A stretch of DNA of 64,000 nt, taken from contig NC_086108.1 of the NCBI RefSeq assembly GCF_963921235.1, positions 52,392,001-52,456,000 of the forward strand. The letters run 5' to 3'. Positions 50,601 through 62,564 of this stretch are shown here, piece after piece. The position numbers were made by a program, and so were the translations under genes. Each line of letters opens with the position of its first letter. The first letter of the stretch is position 1. The notes beneath the pieces were generated by a model, which saw only the letters and a list, made by a program, of their open reading frames with translations, was not told the origin of the DNA and made no database searches. The stretch comes from Mobula hypostoma (Eukaryota).

Positions 50601-53600
50601 TATTGCATAAATAAGATTAATCATTACATTAAGGAAATCATTCAGCAGTTTCTGCAGAACAGATCAGGAAACCAACAAATCCTATCTGCTTAAGACCAAG
50701 TGTTGCATCCATTTTCAATTATTCGCTACAATCATTTCCTAATTGCATCAGTCTGTATTTTAAAGGAGAGCTTATGGAATGTTGTGGACTTGCAGTGATC
50801 AATGTTTTTATTCAGCTAGCTAAACAGCAAGTTGACAATTTCCAATATTTATCTATCTTGATTCTCTTTATCATTATCGCAAAAGGATCCCCTGCAGTCT
50901 TTGAACCAAATAATCTCCAACACTCAATTTTATCACCATCACCCTTCACCCACAGAAAATAAAACTAGGTCCTTCATTTGGGCAGACCCATTGGGCAACT
51001 AACCCAAATATTGGTTAGGTCACACTTTGGGTTATTGTGCTTAAGTTATGGTTACCACACTATATGAAAGATGTGATTAAGCTACAGAATGTTCATGAGA
51101 ATATTGCTGGGTTTGAAGACCTTGAGTTAAAAGGAGAAATTGGATGAGCTGGGTCTAGATTCCCTGGAGGCTGAGGGGTGGCATGATACCACCAAACAGA
51201 TAAAAAGCCATTGTCTGTTTCCAATGATAGTGGTGTCCAAAACTTCAGGGCATGAGCTTAAGGTGAGAGAGGAGATTTAAGTGGGATCTAAGCAGTAATT
51301 ATTTTTACACAAAGAGTAGTTGGTATCTGGAATGAGCTGCCAGAGAAGATGGAGGCAGAAACAGTAGCTACATTTGCACTGGTACTTGCAAGTGCAAGGC
51401 ATAGAGATATGGCATATTGCAGGCAAGTGGGAGTAGTATAGAGAGTCTGTTTTGAACAGTTTTGGGCCCTTTGAACCCTCAAATGTCAGCAAATCCTTTC
51501 TTAAATAGGCCTTTACTTGCTGGAATTTAGAAGAATGAGGTGGGATCTTATTGAAGCCTATCGAGTGTTGAAAGGCCTAGATAGAGTGGATGTGGAGAAG
51601 ATGTTTCCTATAATGGGAGAATATAGGACCAAAGGGCACAGCCTCAGAACAGAGTGATGCTCATTTAGAACAATGATGAAGAGGAATTTCTTTAGCCAGA
51701 GGGTGGTGAATCTGTGGAATTTGTTGCCACAGGTGACAGCAGAGGCCAGGTCAATGGGTGTACTTAAGGCCAAGGTTTGTAGGTTCTTGAAAAGTCAGAG
51801 CGTGAAAGGTTCCAGGGAGAAGGCAGGAGAATGGAGTTGAGAAGGAAGTGGATCAGCCATGATGAAATGGTGGAGCAAACTCAATGGGCCAAGAGGTCTA
51901 ATTCTGCTCTTATGCCTTATGGAGCAACATGATAATCAGCATAAACAATATGCACCATGTTACTATGCTATATATCCCTACAGCACCGTTGACAACATGT
52001 TCCAAATGACCAACACCCTCTGAAAAAAATTACCCCTTATACCTTCTTTAAACTTTATCCCTTCTCACTTAAATCTGTTCCCTCTAGTTCCAGACACCCC
52101 TTCCCTGGAAAAACACTTATTAGCTATCCTTTATAACCACACAATTGTCTAAACTGCTATAAGACCATTCCTCAGCCTCCCATGTTCCAGTCAGTATAGA
52201 CTCAGCCTTTCCAATCTCTTATAATAACAACGACAGCTGCCATAGTTGTGATTCCAACATGAATTCTTATGTGACTTCACAAGCCACATTCTGCTAGCTT
52301 GACTATTTGCCCTTTTATCCATAGTCTATCTCCTTTTGTTCAGACAATTTCCAATTGGCCCAACAGACTAGTAAATTCAATTAAATTGGTTATGGGGAGG
52401 AGGGACAGAATGGAGTTGAGGGGGGAATGGATCAGCCATAATGAAATAGCAGAGCAGACTCAATGGGCTGAATGGCCTGATTTTGATCCAATGCCTTATG
52501 GCCTTAAATAAAGTCTTGAAAACCATGAACCTGAGGGACTTTATTAAAAACAGTCAAAAATCTATGTAAACTACATCCATATACATTCACTTGTATCTTT
52601 TCAAAATGTTAGGCATAATATATACAAATTCATGTTAGCCGACTCTCACTCTATCCACAATTACAGGCAGTTTCTTCTACCTTCCCAGATCATTAACGTT
52701 TTTAAAACAAGAAAATCTTGTCTCCTCTCCAAACATTATTACAAAAGTATCACTTTCAATGTAATAAAACTTAACCAGTGTGTTCACAAATGAAAGAAGC
52801 AAAGTGAATTTTGTCTTAGAAGAGTACATTTAGAGGAGTCATCAAAAGTTGATCAAATGGTGAATCCTAAAGAGAGTTGTAGGAGAAAGAGATGGCTACC
52901 AAAAAGATAACTGAGACACACACACACACAAGAGACTTGAATCAAAGGAAGTAAAAGTTCCAGGGAGGAAAGTTCTTCAGAGGAATTCACAGAGATAATA
53001 AAGCTTCCAGAATTTCCATCATCCCTATCCTTTGGACAGACCTGTCACCTTCTAAACACTTTATTACATTACTAAATAAAAACATGTTCAACTCTTTCAA
53101 ACCATTATTAAGAATAAATTGAATTCCCACCATTTCAAAGTTCTGAAGCACATGCATTTTTCATAAATTTCTCCAATACAAGCATATTGAGACCAAAACT
53201 TAAAAATTAGTTTCTAAGACACAAATAAAAGTGATATCCTACATGATTGGAACTATGATTTGAAGCTGCCTACTAACTTCCTCAGTCTTTCCACCAACAT
53301 CAACACTGTACACTTCTTCGAAAGAAAGATATTTGGTTCTTGCAAACATCTTGCGTATTCAGGCTTACTGAACATCCTTCATTCACATTTGAATCACTTC
53401 AAAGCTATTTTCTTTCTCTGTATTCACCTAATAACCAATATTCTTATCAATTTATGGCTGGACCTCAAGATCATCCCTACTTATAATTTCATAGAAAGCT
53501 ACATCAATAAAACTACATTAAGGATCCTCGTAGTGACCTCAAAAGTTTATATTTAGTGTCCTGTGTCCCACAAACCAAAGTACCTAGTATCTCTTAAATT

Positions 53601-56600
53601 CATTCTACCTAATTTCCATGTTCTCCTTCATCCTTCAATAGCAGCATGTAGCCAGTAGCACAAACTAAGTTCTAAATTTCTAGCAATGAAGTTAAGTTCA
53701 CCCATAATCAGCATTACCTGAGCAATCAATGTGGCACCTAAAACATGAATCAGGCTTGTGGTGAGAGAAAGGAGCAGGGTAACTGTCTGCTGAACACAGC
53801 ACTGGCTCAACACCTGTATGAGCAACAAAAAAAAAATATTAAAATGAAAACAAACTATTAAGTATATAAACAGAAAATAGTAAACAAATTGAGCTGGCTT
53901 ATAGCTAGCAGTTTCAAAGGGAACTGCTGGCTATCAGCCATTTGTTAAGTTAGGAACTCGGGCTTGAGTATCTGCATGGTCAAAAATGTCTGAGAGGTAT
54001 ATGTATGTGATGGCCTCCTCTTTTTCTGGATTAAAGATAATTTGGTGGAAAAGTTAACCTGACCCTCAGTTCATGCCAGGGAGGACTAGTATAAGAATGG
54101 TAATCTCCATTCATTTGAATTAAATTAATGAAGTGTAGGGAAAAAATGCTTTATCTGTTTAACTTTAATGTTTTTAATTACTGGGGCATGTTTAATGCTT
54201 TTCATTAAATTTAATATATTTTTTAAAGTCCTGCCTTACACATTGAAAAACTATTAGAATAGTTGCTTCTAACAAAATGGTGCACATTCCACCTCGACAG
54301 GTAGTTGTCTTGCAGGGACTCCTGAAATGTTCTGACCAGGGGGATACTACAGAAACTACAGTATATTTGGGAGTGGCCAGTAGGGCAGTGTCAGAAGCAT
54401 TTGTGGATTAAGTAGCAAGTGAGAGAGCAGAAGGTCATCTGGAAGATATGGAGCAGGCATACACTTCACTGTAAAGTTCCAAATGAGATTTGTGAAGTAC
54501 AATTGGGATATCTGTTTAAGTTTTACTTATTCTAGGTGATTAAAAACAAATGCTTGTATTTTGGATTACTTGTAGCATTTTCAAAGGTTTAGTTATGCAA
54601 GTATATTTGCAGCAAACACGATTAAAGCATTAAGACACTCTAGTTAAATCATGGAAAGGATTCATATTGAAGCAAAGGAATAGAATTCTGTGGTTGATGA
54701 CAGTACTTGGCTCTGATTGTTTCTACACTGTCCTGATCACTTAATTGAAGTAATACACTGTTGTTTGTATAATAGCAATGCTTATAGGTTGAGTCTCAGG
54801 ACCATTTTATTTATTTTGCTCACCTGTTCCACAGTGAGGAATGGCCATATCTGGCACAGAGTTTCTGTGACTACCAGCTGTAGCTCTGAAGTCAAGCCTT
54901 CCCCATTGGCATTACACACAGCCAACAAAGCAGCAAGGGCAACATTCTGACAAAAACAAAAATGCCTGTGAGGTATGAATTCTCAAAGGTGAACACTCAA
55001 AGGTGATTTAATTAAAGAATTACTATCAAATGATCATATAACACAGAAACAGACCCCTAAGCCCACGGTAGCCATGCTGACCAGCAAACACCTATCCCAT
55101 ATTTCCATCAGCTCTTTCTTTCTTGCCCCTAATTCTACTGCCATCCTTTACAAGTGAGATGATTTATGTAAGACTTTGGTACATTGGAAAAAAACTGGAG
55201 CACCTGGGGAAAACCCAGGAGTCACATGGAGAACATACAAACTCCATATGGACATGACTGAACCCATGCATCTGGAGTTCTGACGCTGCAATGCTAATGG
55301 CATTATTTAGCATGGTTTTAATGAATTAATTTTTAACACCAAGAATCATATGCCAGTAATGAAAGAAACAAAGAAAATGCAACACAGAAACAAGAGCAGG
55401 AATGTAGGGTGATGATGGATTGTTCATTACCATTGGTCTTAAGTTGGGGGATATTCCAAAATTTGTCTCAAATGATAATTTCAAATAAGATTCCTTTAGC
55501 CCCCCCCCCCACTGTAATCCCTGTGCTTCGTCACTCACCATAGAGAATTAGCAAAAGAACCTTGCCCCAAGACCTCTGGTCCCTTTTGCCTAGTCCACAT
55601 TGTTCTGTTCCACGTGTTCCAAGACACAATCCTCCCAACAGAAAATATAGCATTCTGAAGTAAAGGCCATTTTAACTCAATCAGCTGACTGCACTCAAAG
55701 GATATGACAGCTGGTTGCCTTAACACATCATGAATACTTCTGAGTGTGAAAAAATGTATGAAAATATATATATATACTGTGATTAAAAGTTAAAACAAAG
55801 ATTTAAAATAATCAAAAGCTCTATCTACCTTTCTCACAGCAGTCCGTTTTCCCCAAGGTAAAAATGGGATCTCAGGAATGGAAAGGCTACAGAAAGTGAT
55901 AGATACAACCCAGTCCATCACAGGCAAAGTCCTCTGTACAACTGGGCACACTGACATGAGAAAGTAGCATCCATCATCAAGAATCCCCACCATCCAGGCC
56001 ATACCGTCTTCTCACTACTATCATCAGGCAGGATGTATGGCAGCCTTTAGCCCCACATCACTAAGTTCTGGAACTGTTATTATCCTACAACCATTGCCCC
56101 TGTACTGGTGTGGACAACTTCAATCACCGCAATCCTGATGTTATTGCACTTTCAAAGATTCTACTACTCATGTTCTCAGTATTATTTAATTTTTATTTTC
56201 ATAATTTGTCTTCTTTTGCACATTGGTTGTTTGTCGATCTTTATGTAGTTTTTCATAAATTCTATTATATTTCTTTACTTTCCTGTAAGTGCCTGCAGGA
56301 AAATGGATCACAGGGTGGTAAACAGTAACATAAACATACTTTTTTTCTGGCGTGTGCGTGTGCGATGTTGGCGGGACGATGTCTTTTTCATGCCTTTACA
56401 AGGCGCGGAACGAGAGAGAGAGAGACTGTGTGGCACGCCACTCCTCACACAGACATTTTGGAGTATTTTTCCCTTTTTTAAAATTTTACGAGGTCAAGTT
56501 GCGATCTCGACACTCAACCTGGCATGGATGGAAGGTGTACTCGGGAGCGGCTCCAACTGGGTTCGAACCCGGGAACCTCCATTCCAGAGTCTGGCGCTGA

Positions 56601-59600
56601 TGTCACTGCGCCACCAGCCAGCCCCACATAAACATATTTTCATACTAAATTTACTTTGACTTTAACTTGGAAGGTTAAAGGAGATGGTGTGGCACAAAAT
56701 TGATGCTGTCAAGAGAACATGTGATGGAATGGGTAGACTGCCAAGAGAGTACTCCAATATGTTCTTTCATCTTTCTTTTGTCAAAATAAAATAATCATGA
56801 TGGGGTGTGGCACTGCTGATCAGAGATAGTGTCACGGCTGCAGAAAAGAAGGAAGTCATGAATGGATTGTCTTCTGAGTCTCTGTGGGTGGAAGTTAGGA
56901 ATAGGAAGAGGTCAATAACTCTACTGGGTATTTTTTCTCGACCACCCAATAGTGACAGGGACTTCCAGGAGCAGATAGGGAGACAGATTCTGGAAAGATG
57001 CAATGATAACAGGGTTGTTGTGGTGGGAGATTTTAATTTCCCCAATATTGGTTGGCATCTCCCAGAGCAAGGGGGTTAGATGGGGTGGACACGAGGAATT
57101 CTGCAGAGGCTGGAAATTCAAGCAACACACATCAAAGTTGCTAGTGAACGCAGCAGGCCAGGCAGCATCTCTAGGAACGGGTACAGTCGACGTTTCGGGC
57201 CGAGACCCTTCGTCAGGACTAACTGAAGGAAGAGCTAGTAAGAAATTTGAAAGTGGGAGGGGGAGATCCAAAATGATAGGAGAAGACAGGAGGGGGAGGG
57301 ATGGAGCCAAGAGCTAGACAGGTGATTGGCAAAAAGGATATGAGAGGATCACAGGACAGGAGGCCCAGGGAGAAGGAAAAGGGGGAGGGGGAAAAATCCC
57401 AGAGGATGGGCAAGGGGTATAGTCAGAGGGACAGAGGGAGAAAAAGCAGAGAGAGAGAGAAAGGATGTGTGTATATAAATAAATAACCGATGGGGTACAA
57501 GGGAGAGGTGGGGCATTAGCGGAAGTTAGAGAAGTCAATGTTCATGCCATCAGGTTGGAGGCTACCCAGATGGAATATAAGGTGTTGTTCCTCCAACCTG
57601 AGTGTGGCTTCATCTTTACAGTAGAGGAGGCCGTGGATAGACATATCAGAATGGGAATGGAATGTGGAATTAAAATGTGTGGCCACTGGGGGATCCTGCT
57701 ACTGGGAGATGGGGTGGAGTTTGTTAGGTATGTTCAGGAAGGTTTCCTGACACAATACGTAGATAAGCCTACAAGAGGAGAGGCTGTACTTGATCTGGTA
57801 TTGGGAAATGAACCTGGTCAGGTGTCAGGTCTCCCAGTGGGAGAGCATTTTGGAGATAGTGATCACAACTCTATCTTCTTTACCATAGCATTGGAGAGGG
57901 ACAGGAAGAGACAAGTTAGTGAAGTGTTTCATTGCAGTAAGGGGAAATGTGAAGTTATCAGGCAGGAACTTGGAAGCATAAATTGGGAACAGATGTTCTC
58001 AGGGAAATGTACGGCAGAAATGTGACAAATGTTCAGGGGATACTTGCGTGGTGTTCTGCATAGGTACATCCCAATGAGACAGGGAAAGGATGGTAGGGTA
58101 CAGGAACCATGGTGTACAAAGGCTGTTGAAAATCTAGGCAAGAAGAAAGCTTACGAAAGGTTCAAAAAGCTAGGTAATGATAGCAATCTAGAAAATTATA
58201 AGGCTAGCAGAAGGAGCTCAAGAATGAAACTAGGAGAGCCAGAAGGGGCCATGAGAAAGCTTTGGTGAGCAGGATTAAGGAAAAGCCCAAAGCTACAAGT
58301 ATGTGAAGAGCAAGAGGATAAAACATGAGAGAATAGGACCAATAAGTACAACAGTGGAGAAGTGTGTATGGAACCAGTGGAGATAGCGGAGGTACTTAAT
58401 GAATACTTTGCCTCAGTATTCAGTACGAAAAAGGACCTTGGCGATTGTAGGGAGGACTTACAGCAGACTGAAAAGCTTGCACATCTAAACATTAAGAAAG
58501 CGGATGTGCTGGAGCTTTTGGAAAGCATCAAGTTGTATAAGTCACTGGGACTGGATGAGATATACCCCAGGCTACTGTGGGCGGCAGGGGAGGAGATTGC
58601 TGAGCGTCTGGCAATGATCTTTGCATCATCAATGGGGACAGGAGAGGTTCCGGAGGATTGGAAGGTTTGAAAATGTTGTTCCCTTATTCAAGAAAGGGAG
58701 AAGAGATAGCCCAGGAAATTGTAAACCAGTGAGTCTTACTTCAGTGATTGGTAAGTTGATGGTGAAGATCCCTGAGAGACAGGATTTATGAATATTTGGA
58801 AAGGCATAATATGATTAGGAATAGTCAGCATTGCTTTGTCAAAGGCAGGTTGTGCCTTACAAGCCTGATTGAATTTTTTGAGGATATGACTAAAAACATT
58901 GATGAAGGTAGAGCGGTAGATGTAGTGTATATGGATTTCAGCAAGGCATTTGATAAGGTACCCCATGCAAGGCTTATTGAGAAAGTAAGGAAGCATGGGA
59001 TCCAGGGAGACCTTGCTTTGTGGATCCACAATTGGCTTGCCCACAGAAACATAGAAACAGAGAAAATATGTGCAGGAGTAGGCCATTCGGCCCTTCGAGC
59101 CTGCACCGCCATTCAGTACGATCATGGCTGATCATCCAACTCAGAACCCTGTACCTGTCTTCTCTCCATGCCCACTGATCCCTTTAGCTATAAGGGCCAT
59201 ATCCAACTCCCTCTTAAATATAGCCAATGAACTGGCCTCAACTGTTTCCTGCGGCAGAGAATTCGACAGATTCAGCACTCTCTGTGTGAAGAAGTTTTTC
59301 CTAATCTCGGTCCTAAAAGGCTTCCCCTTTATCCTCAAACTGTGACCCCTAGTTCTGGACTTCCCCAACATCGGGAACAATCTTCCTACATCTAGCCTGT
59401 CCAATCCCTTTAGAACTTTATACGTTTCATTAAGATTTCCCCCCCCCCGTCAATCTTCCAAATTCCAGAGAGTATAAGCCAGCCGATCCAGTCTTTCATC
59501 ATATGAAAGTCCTGCCATCCCAGGAATCAATCTGGTGAACCTTCTTTGTACTCCCTCTATGGCAAGAATGTCTTTCCTCAGATTAGGGGACCATAACTGC

Positions 59601-61601
59601 ACACAATACTCTAGGTGTGGTCTCACTGAGGCCTTGTACAACTGCAGTAGTACCTCCCTGCTCCTGTTCTCGAATCCTCTTGCTATGAGTGCCAGTATAC
59701 CATTCGCCTTTTTCACCATCTGCTGTACCTGCATGGCCACTTTCAATGACTGGTGTACAATGACACTCAGGTCTCGTTGCACCTCCCCTTTTCCTAATCG
59801 GCCACCATTCAGATAATAATCTGTTTTCCTATTTTTGCCACCAAAGTGGATAACTTCACATTTATCCACATTAAATTTCATCTGCCATGAATTTGCCCAC
59901 TCACCCAACCTATCCAAGTCACTCTGCATCCTCTCAGCATCCTCCTCACAGCTAACACTGCCACCCAGCTTCGTGTCATCCGCAAACTTGGAGATGCTGC
60001 ATTTAATTCCCTCATCCAAGTCATTAATATATATTGTAAACAACTGGGGTCCCAGCACTGAGCCTTGCGATACCCCACTTGTCACTGCCTGCCATTCTGA
60101 AAAGGTCCCGTTTATTCCCACTCTTTGCTTCCTGTCTGCCAACCAATTCTCTATCCACATCAATACCACACCCCCAATACTGTGTGCTTTAAGTTTACAC
60201 ACTAATCTCCTGTGTGGGACCTTGTCAAAAGTCTTTTGAAAATCCAAATATACCACATCCACTGGTTCTCCCCTATCCACACTACTAGTTACATCCTCAA
60301 AAAATTCTATGAGATTCGTCAGACATGATCTTCCTTTCACAAATCCATGCTGACTTTGTCTGATGATTTCACTGCTTTCCAAATGTGCTGGAAGGGAAGG
60401 ATTGTAGATGGGTCATATTCTGCATAGAGATTGGTGATCAGTGGTGTGCCTCAGGGATCTGTTCTGGGACCCCTTCTCTTCATGATTTTTATAAATGACC
60501 TGGATGAGGAAGTGGAGGGATGGGTTAGTAAATTTGCTGGTGACACAAAGGTTGGGGGTGTTGTGGATAGTGTGGAGGGCTGTCAGAGACTAGAGCAGGA
60601 CACCGATAGGATGCAAAACTGGGCTGAGAAGTGGCAGATGGAATTCAACCCAGATAAGTGTGAGGTGGTTCATTTTGGTAGGTCAAATATGATGGTAGAA
60701 TATAATATTAATGGTAATGCTCTTGGCAGTGTGGAGGATCGGGGGATCTTGGGGTCCGAGTCCATAGGACACTCAAAGCTGCAGCGCAGGTTGACTCTCT
60801 GGTTGCATTGGCCTTCATCAACCGCGGGATTGAATTCAAGAGCCGAGAGGTAATGTTACAGCTATTTAGGACCCTGGTCAGACCCCACTTGGAGAACTGT
60901 GCTCAGTTCTGGTCACCTCAGTACAGGTGGATACTATAGCAAGGCTGCAGAGGAGATTTACAAGGATGTTGCCTGGATTGGGGAGCATGCCTTATGAGAA
61001 TAGGTTGAGTGAACTTGGCCTTTTCTCCTTGGAGTGACAGAAGATAAGAAGTGACCTGATAGAGGTGTACAAGATGATGAGAGTTGATCACTGATGAGAT
61101 GTTGAGAGTTATGCAGAGAGTGGTGAGTGTGTGGAATAGGCTGCTGGCAATGGTGGTGGAGGCGGATACGATTGGGTCTTTTAAGAGACCCCTGGAGAGG
61201 TACATGGATCTTAGAAAAATAGAGGGCTATGGGTAACCCTAGGTAATTTCCAAAGTAAGTACATGTTTGGCACAGCATTGTGGATCAAAGGGCCTGTATT
61301 GTGCTGTAGGTTTTCTATGTTTCTATGATCTTGAAAAGCTGAAGAATGAATAACTGAATAATGAAATTTGTTCCTTTTTCATAGACTTCTGTAAAAATTG
61401 GATATTTCATCTTACCACTTGATCCAGTTCACCCAAGGAGTGTTTGCTATTTTGCCATCTTTTGCATTGGTCAGTTGCTGTCCTGGTAACATCAGAAGTA
61501 ACAGATTTTTGAAGCTCAAGAGTCAGAGCTTTAATATCAACTTGACGCCATAGCAGTAAATTGCTTGCCTCTTTGGGAGTAAACCTTTTCACAAATATAA
61601 C
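44462..61601 (-). CDS. FIRRM: FIRRM (C1orf112), 3' part, spliced: complement(join(44462..44656,45294..45416,47832..47912,48552..48656,50486..50599,53718..53813,54824..54946,61416..61601))
   Basis: 8 phase-0 AG/GT exons, 1023 nt (340 aa + TAA), resembling the recalled C1orf112 C-terminus (PPDHVRLAALDFL, LLADQSWL...FTQFAE, HEEIVPQ, PSAKRARQE). Convergent with SCYL3 as in human. Upstream exons lie beyond the window. Confidence 0.92.
45294..45416 (-). CDS. FIRRM: FIRRM coding exon
   Basis: ctgcag|GCA...CAG|gtatag; 123 nt; AITTVESKELRMERLKQEN...PTIVQ. Confidence 0.88.
45628..46008 (+). mobile_element. CR1 3' end fragment
   Basis: ORF 45626..45916 ([23 protein letters not shown]); TTCTATGT tail. 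Confidence 0.9.
47832..47912 (-). CDS. FIRRM: FIRRM coding exon
   Basis: tttcag|GAG...AAG|gtacaa; 81 nt; ETCHEEIVPQSLESSSTKTKVVSFLNK. Confidence 0.92.
48552..48656 (-). CDS. FIRRM: FIRRM coding exon
   Basis: ttgcag|GGT...GAG|gtaaca; 105 nt; GMVFPKLPCLFAFLLADQSWLILQQALQGFTQFAE. Confidence 0.92.
49305..50390 (+). mobile_element. CR1 3' part inserted in a Penelope-derived short repeat (flanks ~49230..49304, ~50391..50420)
   Basis: ORFs 49367..49588, 49548..49790, 49813..50313; flanks resemble 57125..57220. Confidence 0.85.
50486..50599 (-). CDS. FIRRM: FIRRM coding exon
   Basis: caatag|GTG...CAG|gtactt; 114 nt; VVLFLSFLLPLNPPDHVRLAALDFLGSLGKIAISPDVQ. Confidence 0.92.
51005..52505. mobile_element. 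Cluster of decayed CR1 3' fragments (+ ~51005..51480, + ~51500..51925, - ~51960..52220, + ~52390..52505)
   Basis: EFRRMR..LIEAY and [14 protein letters not shown] remnants; repeated CR1 3' UTR motif GGATCAGCCAT. Confidence 0.7.
53718..53813 (-). CDS. FIRRM: FIRRM coding exon
   Basis: atacag|GTG...CAG|gtaatg; 96 nt; VLSQCCVQQTVTLLLSLTTSLIHVLGATLIAQ. Confidence 0.9.
54824..54946 (-). CDS. FIRRM: FIRRM coding exon
   Basis: tgtcag|AAT...CAG|gtgagc; 123 nt; NVALAALLAVCNANGEGL...QIWPFLTVEQ. Confidence 0.92.
55865..56670 (+). mobile_element. Rex1/Babar 3' fragment interrupted by a SINE
   Basis: SIIKNPHHPGHTVFSLLSSGR remnant; tail TAAATTTACTTTGA resumes after the SINE. Confidence 0.7.
56339..56625 (-). 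mobile_element. tRNA-derived SINE
   Basis: Head GGGGCTGGCTGGTGGCGCAGTG (A box), GGTTCGAACCC (B box), A-rich tail, 11-bp TSD ACATAAACATA (56328..56338 / 56626..56636). Confidence 0.8.
57090..57706 (-). mobile_element. Penelope-like element 3' fragment
   Basis: GIY-YIG C-terminal segment PVATHFNSTFHSHSDMSIHGL...RLEEQHLIFHLGSLQPDGMNIDFSNF; 12-bp TSD AGATGGGGTGGA (57078..57089 / 57707..57718). Confidence 0.85.
57184..57221 (-). ncRNA. Minimal type I hammerhead ribozyme of Penelope-like element
   Basis: UAGUC-CUGACGA-A-GGGU(CUCG)GCCC-GAAAC-GUC/GACUG; palindromic ACGU stem III. Confidence 0.75.
59045..60390 (-). mobile_element. Young 5'-truncated CR1-type LINE
   Basis: ORF 59450..60382 (310-aa RT, FADD) plus 59141..59404 and 3' tail. 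Confidence 0.92.
61416..61601 (-). CDS. FIRRM: FIRRM coding exon (most 5' in window)
   Basis: ctacag|GTT...GTG|gtaaga; 186 nt; VIFVKRFTPKEASNLLLWRQV...SLGELDQV. Confidence 0.92.
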
Positions 61602-62286
61602 CTGTAGGCAGCGAAATGAAGATAATAATTCAAAATGAAAATGCATTTCCACTACAGCCCAAACGTTTCCTTCTGCAAGCTCTTTGAGATGTTGCAAATG
61701 ATGATAGTCATGGGATATTAAGCCTCCATCACAGAGTCATCATTTCAAATTTAAGAGATGAAAATAACATGAAGAAACATTGCAGATCAAATGTACATTT
61801 TGACAAAAAATATAAAAATTCTTTTTTAATTTCCTCCTCCATGCGTCATACATTATATCTTTACAAATCCATTTGTTCTCCATTATAACTACTACTCACA
61901 GCAGAGTTTCCAGGATGCCAATCAAAAGAACAGTTAATCCTAACAACATCACAATTAAGCAATGTCTGCATATTTACAAGACTATGCAGGGTAAAGACAA
62001 AAAGAGTACAGTACTTCTCTGGTGGAGTCCAGAATAAGATAGAATAATCTTAATATCAGAATTGGGTCACTTATGAGTGAAACCAATTGTCACTTTTTCC
62101 TCTCAACAATTGATGGAAATGTGTGATTAAAAACTCCAAAAAAGTTGTGGATACTAAGCAATTAAAATGTTGAGAGACAAGACCAGTAGTTTTTTTGTCA
62201 AGCAAGCATATCAAAACACATTAAAGAAAGGTCTCTATGCAGAGTTGACTGCAAGCTTGAAGATCTTGACCCTCTTGACCTCAGCA

Positions 62287-62464
62287 CAGGGGTCCCCAAC
62301 CTTTTTGCACCGCAGACCGGCCGACGGGGGGTGGGGAGGGGGTTAGTCAACAGTGGGCGTGACAGGGAATGAGGAAAGGTGCAGCTGACTCATATCGCCA
62401 AATCATATCATTTCCTCGCAGCCCAGTAGCACATGCTTTGCAGCCCGGTGGTTGGAGACCACTG
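62287..62464. mobile_element. hAT/Charlie-like MITE
   Basis: CAGGGGTCCCCAACC ... GGTTGGAGACCACTG termini; 8-bp TSD CCTCAGCA/CCTCAGCG. Confidence 0.85.
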
Positions 62465-62564
62465 CCTCAGCGCTGTTGATGTAAACAGGAGCATTAGCAT
62501 CACCCCGCTTCCTGAAGTCAATGACCAGCTCTTCTGTTTTGATGACATTGAGGAAAAGGAGCAT

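Larger units (their letters stand above)
56797..61328 (+). mobile_element. CR1-type LINE ORF2 region, decayed, with two nested insertions
   Basis: Collinear endonuclease (VGDFNFP, GDSDHN) and RT pieces across the inserts; TTCTATG tail. Confidence 0.88.

Noticed and set aside
55539..55739. Possible cryptic 201-nt FIRRM exon (ctcag|...|gtgagt on -) with an early stop
   Set aside because: Only splice-like motifs support it; such pairs are common by chance and RNA-seq is needed.
56545..56625. tRNA gene
   Set aside because: No convincing cloverleaf; continues into a body with tail and TSD, so it is a SINE head.
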